Positions 40,331-50,689 of a stretch of 62,939 bases of DNA are shown one piece after another (positions within the stretch are counted from its first letter, which is position 1; each line of letters opens with the position of its first letter). This DNA comes from Aplysia californica (taxonomy: Eukaryota): NCBI RefSeq assembly GCF_000002075.1, contig NW_004797709.1, forward strand, positions 398,182-461,120. Direction: 5' to 3'. The position numbers and the translations under genes are program-made. A model generated the notes under the pieces. That model was not told the origin of the DNA, did no database searches, and saw only the letters and a program-made list of their open reading frames with translations.

Positions 40331-41340
40331 TCTTTAATTTTTTTTCAAGTTTTTGGATTTTAATTCAAATAATTTTGATTATTCTGTTGTTTCCACATTG
40401 CACAAGGACAATAAGAAGTATCAATTCAGTACGTCTTCTTCGCTGAAAAAAAATACACTTCTGATGCAGCATCAAAGTCAAAGGCTACACAACTTCCAGA
40501 GGTACTACTTTTAGGAGTGCATACTATTACTACTCCCTATGTTTTATTGTCACTTTACAAACAAAAATCTACCGCCTCAAATAATACTAAGATTTTAAAA
40601 AAATTAAAACAAGCCGAGCAACAAGTCTTCTTGAGACATTCTTACCATTAAACCCAAGAGTAAGAGATGGAAGCGTGATATTTTTCCTACAAACATCTCG
40701 ACCTGTCGATATGAGAGTTTTCAGTCTGAGAATATTTTCTGATATATAATGTAAAATATTACCAAGGTAATTATAAAAGCGCCATTCCATAAAAAAATTA
40801 AACTGCACAGACACAAACAACGACAAGACAGACCTGCTGAAATAAATTACAGATACACTAGAGCCGTTCTTTTTTTTTTTTTTTTTTTGTAAGAGGAAAT
40901 GAAATTTAAAAAAGAACGGTTCCATCAAGTGGCTGCGTTTTTGACAGCAGTTCATCTCCGCATTAAGTGTGTCACTGCAATCTAATTTTTTTACGGAATG
41001 ACCCAAACCACAATAAGAGAAAATCAATTACATGAATGTAGATTTTAAAAAATACAGGGAAATAGCAATTTGGGGGTAATTTATAATGTGTATAAATTAT
41101 GCAACTTAATTCTATGACTAAATGACCTTGACAGGACAAAATGCTGCACTACGTCACTACCCTGAGACGTACACATAGAGTGCAAGCTTTTATGTACACA
41201 TGTCCATGATACCTCATGATATCTTTTATGCCAAAAAGCTCTCATTCAGTGACATGAACTCTGGTATAGGGTTTGTAAACACACAAACAAAACATCCACT
41301 CAGAAGTACACATTCGTTATAAATGTCACGGAACAAAGGA

Positions 41341-41395
<55 letters not shown>

Positions 41396-42174
41396 GAGAG
41401 AGACAGCATCATACAATTGAACACATGTACAGGGGAAAGAACCATAAATGATCACAGTCATTAGGGTGAGAAGAATATCCCTCAGCAAACAAACTCACTG
41501 AACACCTCCAAAACAAGCAGTCGCACTCACAACTGACCATTATTTTCAGTCATAAAACTAAATACAAATGTCCCGAAGAAAAATATCTTGTGAAAAATAT
41601 AACATCTACAGTTTAAGATGATAATTTTTTTAGTAACGCTGATTGCAAGAAAATTGACTTGGGTATCTGTAATTTTCATTCGATTACTCAATATGTATCA
41701 ACCACTGGGTCAAACAAACAACTGGTGGCCTACAAAAATCAATGACCCCAAAGATACTATCATACTTCAATTTGACTGAATACACATCTTTGCTGATAAT
41801 ATAAATGCTGTGCAGCGAAATGGCACATAAAGTTGGCAATGCGTGAAGTACTCTGTCTTTGTTTATACTTTGTACTGCTATTTGCAGTATTTTTGACAGT
41901 TACTCAAAAATATTATCTTAGCACTCAACTGCATTGTCCTTTAGCATCTAGCAGCATGCAGTCAGTGAAAATTTCAAACAAATCCAACAGGCATTTTTCA
42001 ACTACTCAAATGTTCACGCTCAAGAGATATGCATCAACAGAGAGGGAAACCTAACTTGGAGAGCCACTGGTGGGGTTGAGATACCAGCACTGCTACATCC
42101 TGTGAGCACAAAACAACATATTCCTGCATCGAAGGAATGTCCCGGGAGGGAAAAGGAGACCAAAATCTTCACAA

Positions 42175-44451
42175 TCACAGCAAATGTTTTCTCCTCTCCC
42201 TTTGATTAGAGGCCACAACGTTTTCAATAAAAGTGAGCAGATCTGAGGGGCTGTTCGAGAGCTCATTGCACAAGCTGACGGGCAGCTCTGGCAGTAAAAG
42301 CTGTAACAAGTCACAACACAAACAGCAAAATTTGTGCAAATGCTCACTAGACGTCCTCTGCACACACACTCTCACGGGCTTAAGAGTCAACAAACCCCCG
42401 CCTTCCTCCTCACTCTTCAAATCCAGCTGGGAAAACTGCGGGATCACTTCCGAGGTGAAAGGGTCCTCTCTGATTGTGCACTGTCTTGTTGGCCGCCGAC
42501 TGCGAGTGGACAAATGTGATGACAGGGCGGGCTCGTCCCGTTGAGAATGGTTGGAAACAAAACACTGAGGTGATGAGTTGCTACTACTGTGGTTTCTCGA
42601 TGCATCAGACGATTGTGCTGCCTTACCCGCCATTTGGTCCACGTAACTCCCGACGTCCTTTTCACATTTGATTGTCAGAGTGAGCGGTGGGTGTTCCTCT
42701 GACTTTTGATCATCCCCCTGCTGCAAGGACTCAACCATGTCTTTGACAAAGAGCTCAAACCTGAGAGACTCTGGGCTCATAGAGCTGACCTCAGCCTTCA
42801 GCTGTGGGAAAAGAGTGAGAACCAAAGTGTGTAGTGTGCTCTGCATGGCAGAAAGCTGCCGCGTGGACAGCACAAACTGCTGAAGCTCCTCGGGAAGGTG
42901 ACTCACATCCGACGTCAGATCCTCAGAGGGCACGGTAATGCGACGGTGACGATGTCTCTTAGCACGACGCTGTTCCCGGCCCCGTCTTGAGGACAGCGAG
43001 CTTTGTTTTGATGACTTGTGGGACGAGCTCTTAGATTGTCCGTCGGGTGAGGTAAGAGTGATGACTGTTTCTGACATGAGGGGGAGAAGAGGAGGAGCTG
43101 AGCATTCGAGATCTGGAGCCTCATCCTCTACTTTAGGAGACGGAAACGTATGAGGCCGTTTGCCGGATGAAGAGTATGTGTACGGACTGTCGATGGTATG
43201 GCGCTTTGTTGACGTTCTTGAGTGCGAGGTGATAGGTGCGGGGATAGCACTGAGGACTGGAGGTTCATCTTGCATCGGTGTCTCAACACTCACTTGTAAA
43301 CAAGGAGAACCAGAGGTGGGCGGGGCAGGGGGTGACACAGAAACAACAGGGGAGGCCGGCACAAAAGAAGCGTCACTGACCCCTGAACAAGGCGGGTGGT
43401 CAAGGGATGGGAGGGAACCATCTCTTGACGCATCCTGCTCACACCAACTCTCATTTGTCTCCAGAGAAGCAGCGACAGGATCTGGTCGGACAAGCTCTGT
43501 GACGAAGGTAGTGCCCCGAGCCTGCTCCGCTGGAGAACCAGCATCCGCCTCCACGCCGCTACCACCGCCCTGATCACGGACCTCAGACTCACCGTTCAAC
43601 ACTGAAGACGGAGAAACGATGGCCGGGGAGCCACCAAGCATACACGTACTGTCACATTCCACGACCACATCACCCGCCACTGGGTTTTTATTACGGACAT
43701 TGCACGACGTCACAGAGTCGCCTGAAATTTCAGAAGTCGAGTCTGCTTCCATGGCGCAAAAGTCTGGACTGCATCCCGGGTGTTCCCTGTCCGAGGTAGT
43801 GGCAGGCTGGTCCACTCCAGTGGGAGACTCAGAATGCAGACGCAAGGCCTCGGGACTGGGTATTAGAGGAGGCGGGACATCCTCAACACCCGCAGGGAAA
43901 GGAGAAAACTTGTCAAAAATATTGCCGCTTTCCTTCGACTTCTTCAGACAGTCATTGAGACTTTGAGCATTCTCCTCCACTCTGCTTTTCCGACTGTATG
44001 TCTTCATCGTCTTTTTCTCAGACGATCGAACCATGCTCTCTCGACTGTAATTTCTCACCACAGACCGTGGGGGGCTCACCAAAGAATGTTGGGACTGAGA
44101 ACTTTTAGAGTCGTGTGTCGGTGCAGACACAGGTTCTAGAATCGGAGGTTCTTCCTCAAACTGTTGCTTCTCACTGGGAAAAATCTCATCATCATCATCT
44201 AAAAGAATCGGTGCGGAATCGGAAATAAGCTCAGCAGATTTATCTGTCCATTGCCGTTCGTAAAAAGGAGATCGGTTCATCAAACTGCCTCCATCCTCAT
44301 CCTCCGTCGTATCGCTGTCCATCAAGTCCGCTATGCCCTCTGGGTCTTCGTAAGGGGTTTCTTCGTCCATGTCTCCATCATTGGCATCATCATCATCATG
44401 GTTGGAGTTTTTCAGCCACTGCTCGTAGACCTTAGAGAATCCACCAGTCAT
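42175..44451 (-). CDS. Uncharacterised 758-aa, largely disordered, probably nuclear protein with two C-terminal helical repeats
   Basis: 2.3-kb open frame, GC-rich relative to flanks; ATG in GCCATG context with an in-frame TGA just upstream; acceptor ctttcag places the exon start at 44539; basic NLS-like RRGREQRRAKRHRHRR. Confidence 0.85.
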   Translation of the reverse strand: MTGGFSKVYEQWLKNSNHDDDDANDGDMDEETPYEDPEGIADLMDSDTTEDEDGGSLMNRSPFYERQWTDKSAELISDSAPILLDDDDEIFPSEKQQFEEEPPILEPVSAPTHDSKSSQSQHSLVSPPRSVVRNYSRESMVRSSEKKTMKTYSRKSRVEENAQSLNDCLKKSKESGNIFDKFSPFPAGVEDVPPPLIPSPEALRLHSESPTGVDQPATTSDREHPGCSPDFCAMEADSTSEISGDSVTSCNVRNKNPVAGDVVVECDSTCMLGGSPAIVSPSSVLNGESEVRDQGGGSGVEADAGSPAEQARGTTFVTELVRPDPVAASLETNESWCEQDASRDGSLPSLDHPPCSGVSDASFVPASPVVSVSPPAPPTSGSPCLQVSVETPMQDEPPVLSAIPAPITSHSRTSTKRHTIDSPYTYSSSGKRPHTFPSPKVEDEAPDLECSAPPLLPLMSETVITLTSPDGQSKSSSHKSSKQSSLSSRRGREQRRAKRHRHRRITVPSEDLTSDVSHLPEELQQFVLSTRQLSAMQSTLHTLVLTLFPQLKAEVSSMSPESLRFELFVKDMVESLQQGDDQKSEEHPPLTLTIKCEKDVGSYVDQMAGKAAQSSDASRNHSSSNSSPQCFVSNHSQRDEPALSSHLSTRSRRPTRQCTIREDPFTSEVIPQFSQLDLKSEEEGGGLLTLKPVRVCVQRTSSEHLHKFCCLCCDLLQLLLPELPVSLCNELSNSPSDLLTFIENVVASNQRERRKHLL

Positions 44452-45029
44452 GGCTGGGACAAATCAATGTCCTTTCACAACGAAGTCCAAGAATAGCCCC
44501 ACCCTCTGTCGATCAAGAAACCCAGCTGGAAATGTCGACCTGAAAGTATTAAGAATATAAATTAAAATGCTATTCAACGCATTTATCTATTGATAAATTT
44601 TTGTTTGTAGGGCAAGGTGACATACTTTCAAGAACATTTTTTTATAAAAAAGAAAAATAAGAGAGGAACAGAAAAGAAAAACCAAACTGGGGTGTTTTTA
44701 TTAAAAATTAAAAATTCCCAGACATTAATTTGCTTTCAATTTCAACACCGAAAGGAAACCGTATTGAGTAAAAAAGGATACAACAATGTCGTTTTAAACA
44801 ATGACCTGAAAATTTTTTTTGAAAAGAACCCCCTGAACAGATAGGCAGAAAAAAAGAAAAGATGACCAATGGAGAGCCAAAAAATTAATTTGCAGTGCTC
44901 ATGACTCCCACTCATCAGGCGGGGAAAAATGTCCTGTTTTTCCCCTGTTTCCTTCAGGATATTGTTAACGTTTTCAAAGTGGTTATTTTTTTTTTAAATG
45001 ACAGAGCTAGGAAGTAAAAATTTGCAACA

Positions 45030-45061
<32 letters not shown>

Positions 45062-45726
45062 AACCAAAAAAAAACTGATAGGACCCGTCACAAGTCTTTG
45101 ATCTTAACTATTAATTGTACATAACTACAAAACATGTCACACATCTGTTGTTTTTTCTTTAATTCTGTTATTTGCCCTACGCCACCACAGGCACAATCAT
45201 TTGTTAACACCTTGTCACAAACTAATGTTGGCCTTTCTCCAAGCGAATGTTTTTCTAGGGCAAAGGGTCATGGAGCGACTACTTGGGCTCAGTGCACAAA
45301 GGGTGTTTAAGTTAGCTGCACGTGGCATAGTGTCCTGGACTGTCGGGATCTGACTTTTTCGAACTTGTGTTGACGCCGAGAAGGTGGGGATGGGTTGGGG
45401 GTTGGGAGAGCCGAAAGGCAAATACATTCCGAGGAATCTAAAAACTGAAATTTTCATCCGTTTCCCGTTTTCCCAATTCAGTGGGAACCCTCAATGCTAA
45501 GTCTTTAAAAGGCGAATTAAATTATAACTTAACTTCATGAAAATTAAAACGCTTATACTGCTTTTTAAAACATCATTCAAAGATAGAAATTTATATAAAC
45601 CATCCATCATTGAACAAGAAACTGATTGAAACAAAAGCACACTACTGAACATTTTCAAAGCCATGTTCCGACAAAAATTGAATTTGTTTGTTCATCAGTA
45701 ATCAGTGTGTCTTTGTCATATTTTAA

Positions 45727-46264
45727 GGGGAGGAGCGACCCTTGATTTTGCAGATTTTGGGTCAGGCTATGCACATTTTATGTTGGCTGATTTTTGAAGA
45801 TCCACCAGTTTTTTGTCTAAAAATAGCATGGATTCAATTGAGAAACACTTTATTCTGCAGGTAATTTGCCTTTAAAAACATGAGGATGGATTAATGTAGT
45901 GAATTTTCACAATTATTGTCGGTTTTCGCAAAATGTAATTTTTGTGCAGTTTTTTTATACTTTGGGAAAATTCTCATAATTTTTTTTCTTTTGCACCTAT
46001 TGAAAAAAACTTGCTGTTACTCTGATAGGGATTGGTTCAGGTATACTCTCACCAAATTTGGTCTGTAAATAAGAAAGCCTTAGAAGGGATTTCAAATTCA
46101 TTCTTTATTTTCATGATGGCGGCCGTTTCCATAGCAACCGTTGAAGCTATGCCAAAATAAAATTGCACATCAAGAGATTTTACTATGTCTAACTTATATG
46201 TGTACTTAGATTTGATCTCGGGGCAACAAACATAGAAAATGGTCCTCAAGGGTAGCTCCTCCCG
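45727..46264. mobile_element. Kolobok-like MITE (TTAA TSD)
   Basis: TTAA|GGGGAGGAGCGACCCTTGA...TCAAGGGTAGCTCCTCCCG|TTAA. Confidence 0.8.
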
Positions 46265-46610
46265 TTAACCTTTTAACTTGAAGTTTTCTAGGTCTAGTTA
46301 GGTTCGAAATTTTTTTTAAAATAATTGATTTGCCAGTTTTAGTGGCTATGTGATCTGCAGCAAATAATACTGCAGTTTGAACCTCAAAGAAGTGCATCTA
46401 GATCTATGTGCGAGAGTGAAAGTAAAAATTTACCCAATTTTCTTTCTCTCTGCACATTGGTTTTCAAACAAGATTATTATCAGGCAATATCATTTTATGT
46501 AAAAATCAAGCTCATTTAAAAAAGATTCTTACAAAAACTGGAAGTCTTGTTTCCTGGTTATAATCCTTTCAAGTGCCTTATATATGTCTAAATGGGCCAA
46601 TTTGTTCAAA

Positions 46611-47213
46611 GGAAGAGGCTAGCCGTACTTAATGACGGCTAGACTAGCCGTAGCCGCAAGTACGGCGAGCCGTACTTATTTCTCATATGATGGCTAGACT
46701 GACCAAAAAAATAAAATAAAATTTATAAGCCTACTGAATTGTAAATAAATTTTTAGTTTGCAGTACCTAAAATATTTGTATCTGAGACGAAACCAAGTGC
46801 CTTAATGACAGTGCCAGTATTTCAAACCTGAATAATTACTAATGAGACCAGTTTTCTTCTAATGAATGTTAAGATAGGGCCTAAGATAAGTACGGCTAGA
46901 CTGGCAGGCTAGTAGGGCTAGACTTCTCGGCTAGGCTAGCCTTTAAGTACGGCTAGACAATCAGGCTAGCCGTACTTATTATTGATGGCTGAATTGTAAA
47001 TGAAATTTTTAGTTTGCAATGCCTCCTAAGTCCTAAGTATTTGTATTTCAGACAAAAACAAAAGGTGCCTTACTGACTTGCATGTATTTTATTTTTAAAC
47101 CTGAATAATTACTAGATCTAGATCTTGATCTAATGAGACCTGTGTACTCAACAGGTTTGAGTCGAAAACCAAGAAGATCTAAGTACGGCTCATACGGCTA
47201 GCCACTTCGGTCG
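46611..47213. mobile_element. Mutator-like MITE copy B in the inferred intron 1 of the 758-aa gene
   Basis: Collinear with 9600-10143; 9-bp repeat TTGTTCAAA at 46602-46610 and 47214-47222. Confidence 0.8.
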
Positions 47214-48184
47214 TTGTTCAAATTTCACTAGAATAACATCTAGAGGCACCAACTTAACTTGTTTTGAACGTAGAAGTCTCTATAGCATACCTTGAAGGAA
47301 TATCATATTATAAACGCAGTGACAACGTTCACAGCGCCGTGAACGTAGTTTGCAGGCTATGTTCATGGAGCCCTGAATGTAGTTTTTTCCTATTATCAAA
47401 GCTTTTCTCTGGGGAAGTACTGCCATCAATTTATTGTGAATTGTTGTTTTACCTTTTCAGAACCAACACTAGATCTACCATCCGTTTCTTTTATCAATAG
47501 ATCTAGTCTAGGTTGCTGGTGAAGATTCGCATTTCGGCACAAAACGCAGGTCAAGAGTGAATCACTATCATTATTTAGATTTGAACACAAAAATATTTAA
47601 AAATATTTAAAACAAAAAACCCAGAAACAAAATTCAAAATTCGGTAGCACAAAATTTTTAGACTGCAAAGACACACAACAAGTAAAATGTTTCTTCCAGG
47701 AACTGTGACCACTGTCAGTAGAGTCTGGCTCCCGTTAGATAAGAAGTTCACCTGGTGAACTGATGAACTCCCAACAGAGACCAACAAAATGAAATTCTGG
47801 CAGGCATACTGACGTTGTAAAGTACAGTAAAGGCCAAACTGTTGATACCTAAATCAAAACAAGGATTACCCAAAACAATCACTAGTCTGCAGAAAATCTA
47901 CAGGGCAGCATATCCAAAAAGTTAAAACAAGAGACACGGTCCATCTGGGACGAAATGTAAATTGTTCCCTATTCGGTTCGTGCTTCCTTGTTGACTGACT
48001 GGTGCCCGACTGGCCTAGATCAACATCTATCATCAATGGAGACCGAGAGGCCAAGAGTAGGGTCCCGCCCAGGGTAGTACACAAACATGAAAATAATACC
48101 TTTAAATCGCGTCAACCAAGAACTTTAAGCACAAAAGACATAAACTACATGTTCTTATCTTAATACAACGTCACTGAAACTTAC

Positions 48185-48312
48185 CAACAGCTATTGATCT
48201 TCAGAAACGTTATGGCGCAATGTTCTGCATACGAAGCACATCGCGATGTAAACAAGGTAGTGTCGCTAGCTTGTCTTCTCCCAGCTTCCATCAATAAATC
48301 CACGCATGCGCA
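48185..48312 (-). promoter_or_regulatory. Putative first (UTR) exon and promoter of the 758-aa gene, with an NRF1-like site
   Basis: Minus-strand donor TTG|gtaagt at 48185/48184; CpG-rich patch; CACGCATGCGCA at 48301-48312; divergent from COA7. Confidence 0.5.
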
Positions 48313-48799
48313 AGAGGGACAGAAAATGCTATTGCTACAATTAAGTTTTGCTGTTCTGTTTCCGGGTATTATATATTGCCAGGTTGCATAATTCGTCTCT
48401 GGGTTGTAAAATTACACAGTTTAGGTTACAACAACAAAAATAATAATAAATTATTGTTGCATGCATTTATCGCCATACTCCACAGCATAATATAGGACTT
48501 TGCATCTATTAAACTTATTTTTTTTCCTTTTTTTTCACTTTTGTTTGACTCCGGTAAGCAATAGAAAAAATACGAGTCAGAAAACATAATACAATATTAA
48601 ACTATGGAATTACAGTCGACACAAAAATGGCTTCTCTATAAACGATGATATATTTTAATATTTCCATTGTTCATGCTAATTGAGCACGTATTCCAGCGTT
48701 AATTAATTTAAATAATATGAGCGTTCCATGAATTGAAAGCTTCACCACTATATAGGAGACCTATCAGCATCCAAAGCATACAAACAGACAACTTACTGA

Positions 48800-49315
48800 G
48801 GGGGCTCTCTTGGCCTAGAGGTTAAGGTGTTGGCCTAGTCTCATTCAAAGGTCCCGGGTTCGAATCCGGGTAGCGACCGAAAAATTTTCTTCTCTAAATA
48901 TTTGTCTCCTTTCACCTCCTTTCCTGCTCTCTAGCATGTTCTGTTGTCTGCTTTCATTTCCACTTTCTTCCCCCACCCCCTCACTTGCCTCCTCCTCTGG
49001 GCTCCTGACTCTTTCTGCAGCCTTTCTACTGCTACTCCTTGGCTCCTCCTTACTGCTGTCTTTCTGCCACACCCTTGATCTTCTGGTAGGAAAGATCTAC
49101 ACCTAGCCTTCTCGGACAATAATTATATTAAAGGGCGAAAAATCTTGGAGGGCCCGTGTGCAAGTTGCGCACGTTAAAGATCCCTTGGTGGTCTAAAATC
49201 TATAAGAGTAGGCTTCGGCCGCCACCCGGGCAAAATTCAAAATTTCATACCACTGAAAATATTAGGTGTGTCCCGCGCGTATGACCTTATGCAGTTGCGA
49301 GCGCCGTAATTAAAA
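48800..49315 (+). mobile_element. tRNA-headed SINE with Nin/Deu-like central domain and stem-loop tail
   Basis: A box TGGCCTAGAGG (48811), B box GGTTCGAATCC (48857); core GGCCCGTGTG...GCACGTTAAAGATCCC...AAGAGTAGG...CCCGGGCAAAATT; tail TATGACCTTATGCAGTTGCGAGCGCCGTAA. Confidence 0.75.
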
Positions 49316-50142
49316 CACTTTACAAAAACAAAACAAACTGACATAAATTAAATGTACAGACAAACACACACAAACAAAACAAAAGTGTGTGGGAGACANN
49401 NNNNNNNNNNNNNNNNNNNNNNNNNNNNNNNNNNNNNNNNNNNNNNNNNNNNNNNNNNNNNNNNNNNNNNNNNNNNNNNNNNNNNNNNNNNNNNNNNNNN
49501 NNNNNNNNNNNNNNNNNNNNNNNNNNNNNNNNNNNNNNNNNNNNNNNNNNNNNNNNNNNNNNNNNNNNNNNNNNNNNNNNNNNNNNNNNNNNNNNNNNNN
49601 NNNNNNNNNNNNNNNNNNNNNNNNNNNNNNNNNNNNNNNNNNNNNNNNNNNNNNNNNNNNNNNNNNNNNNNNNNNNNNNNNGTAATGCATCATAATATTA
49701 TTGTACTGCGCTAGGTTTTTAATGTCCCTCCAAAACAGGAACAAGTTTCGTGCCGTCCGTAAAAACACCTCCACGTTGCCATTTCTAACGTAAGAACATA
49801 TTATTATACGTTCCGAGTTTGAACGGATGTATGATTGAACCTAGAAACTTAATTATTGTCCTTGTTCATTCATGTTTCACAATATTATTATAATGTAAGT
49901 TCAAAAACGCTATTTCTTTTATGATTTTGGCAAAACTAGGTGACCGAGATAAGCTGCTTTTCTCTGGCATCAAAAATGTAATTTACACTTACTTTGTACC
50001 AATAGATCCGCCGTGTATACGAAAACAAACAGGGTGAAGGTCAAGTTACGAAAAGAAAATTGAAGCGAAAACTGGGCTGGTTGACCCGAGTCGCCGAAGA
50101 TACAAGATTGCAGTTTGTTCTTGCAGTAAACGACCTATTCAA

Positions 50143-50248
50143 ATGGCTCGAAGTTATGATCTAACGGATGAAAAGCAAACGAAAGAATATTTACGTGACG
50201 TGGAGATCGAATATCAGTTTCAGTGTCTTGATCAAAAAGAAGCTGACG
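50143..50248 (+). CDS. COA7: COA7 exon 1 (MARSYDLTDEKQTKEYLRDVEIEYQFQCLDQKEAD)
   Basis: Matches the COA7/SELRC1 N-terminus (D..DE.Q.K..L...E.E....C...K..DGC); G|gtaatt donor. Confidence 0.9.
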
Positions 50249-50524
50249 GTAATTTGGACAACGTTGCGTAAAGCAAAACCGAAAGTAGAAACAGAGACCC
50301 CTTTTCTTTAGTTTCAGCAGTGGTCCGTGGTCTATTAATTTCTATCGATTTAGTTTTGTGTTTTTGCGCTATGTTTAGGTTTATAGATTTCTGCTTTAAG
50401 TAATGATTAGGGTTTTGTCTTCAGACTAACAGGAAATATTAGTTTAAAGTTCATCTTGCAATGTTTTCTCTTTTATTTTTAACTCTAAATTATTATATTT
50501 TTATATTAGAATCTATATAAAAAA

Positions 50525-50660
50525 TAGATTCTAGATCTAGATATCTAGATCTAGATTTAGAATCTAGATCTAGATTCTAGATCTATGTCTAGAATCTAGA
50601 TCTAGATCTAGCTAGAAATCTAGATCTCTAAGAGAAGAGTAAGAGTCTAGCCTATATCTC
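50525..50660. repeat. Degenerate palindromic (TCTAGA)n array in COA7 intron 1
   Basis: Direct inspection; further units at 50873-50915. Confidence 0.85.
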
Positions 50661-50689
50661 TAGAGCTACAAATTTATTATCAGTAAAAT

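Noticed and set aside
42233-43966. Several plus-strand ORFs
   Set aside because: Antisense shadows of the GC-rich 758-aa CDS
42175-44451. Calling the 758-aa ORF MORC, WAPL or sororin
   Set aside because: No GHKL/CW, WAPL or FGF/sororin domains seen; only short motif-level resemblance
48800-48880. tRNA gene
   Set aside because: No clean cloverleaf or Pol III terminator; continues into a SINE core and tail
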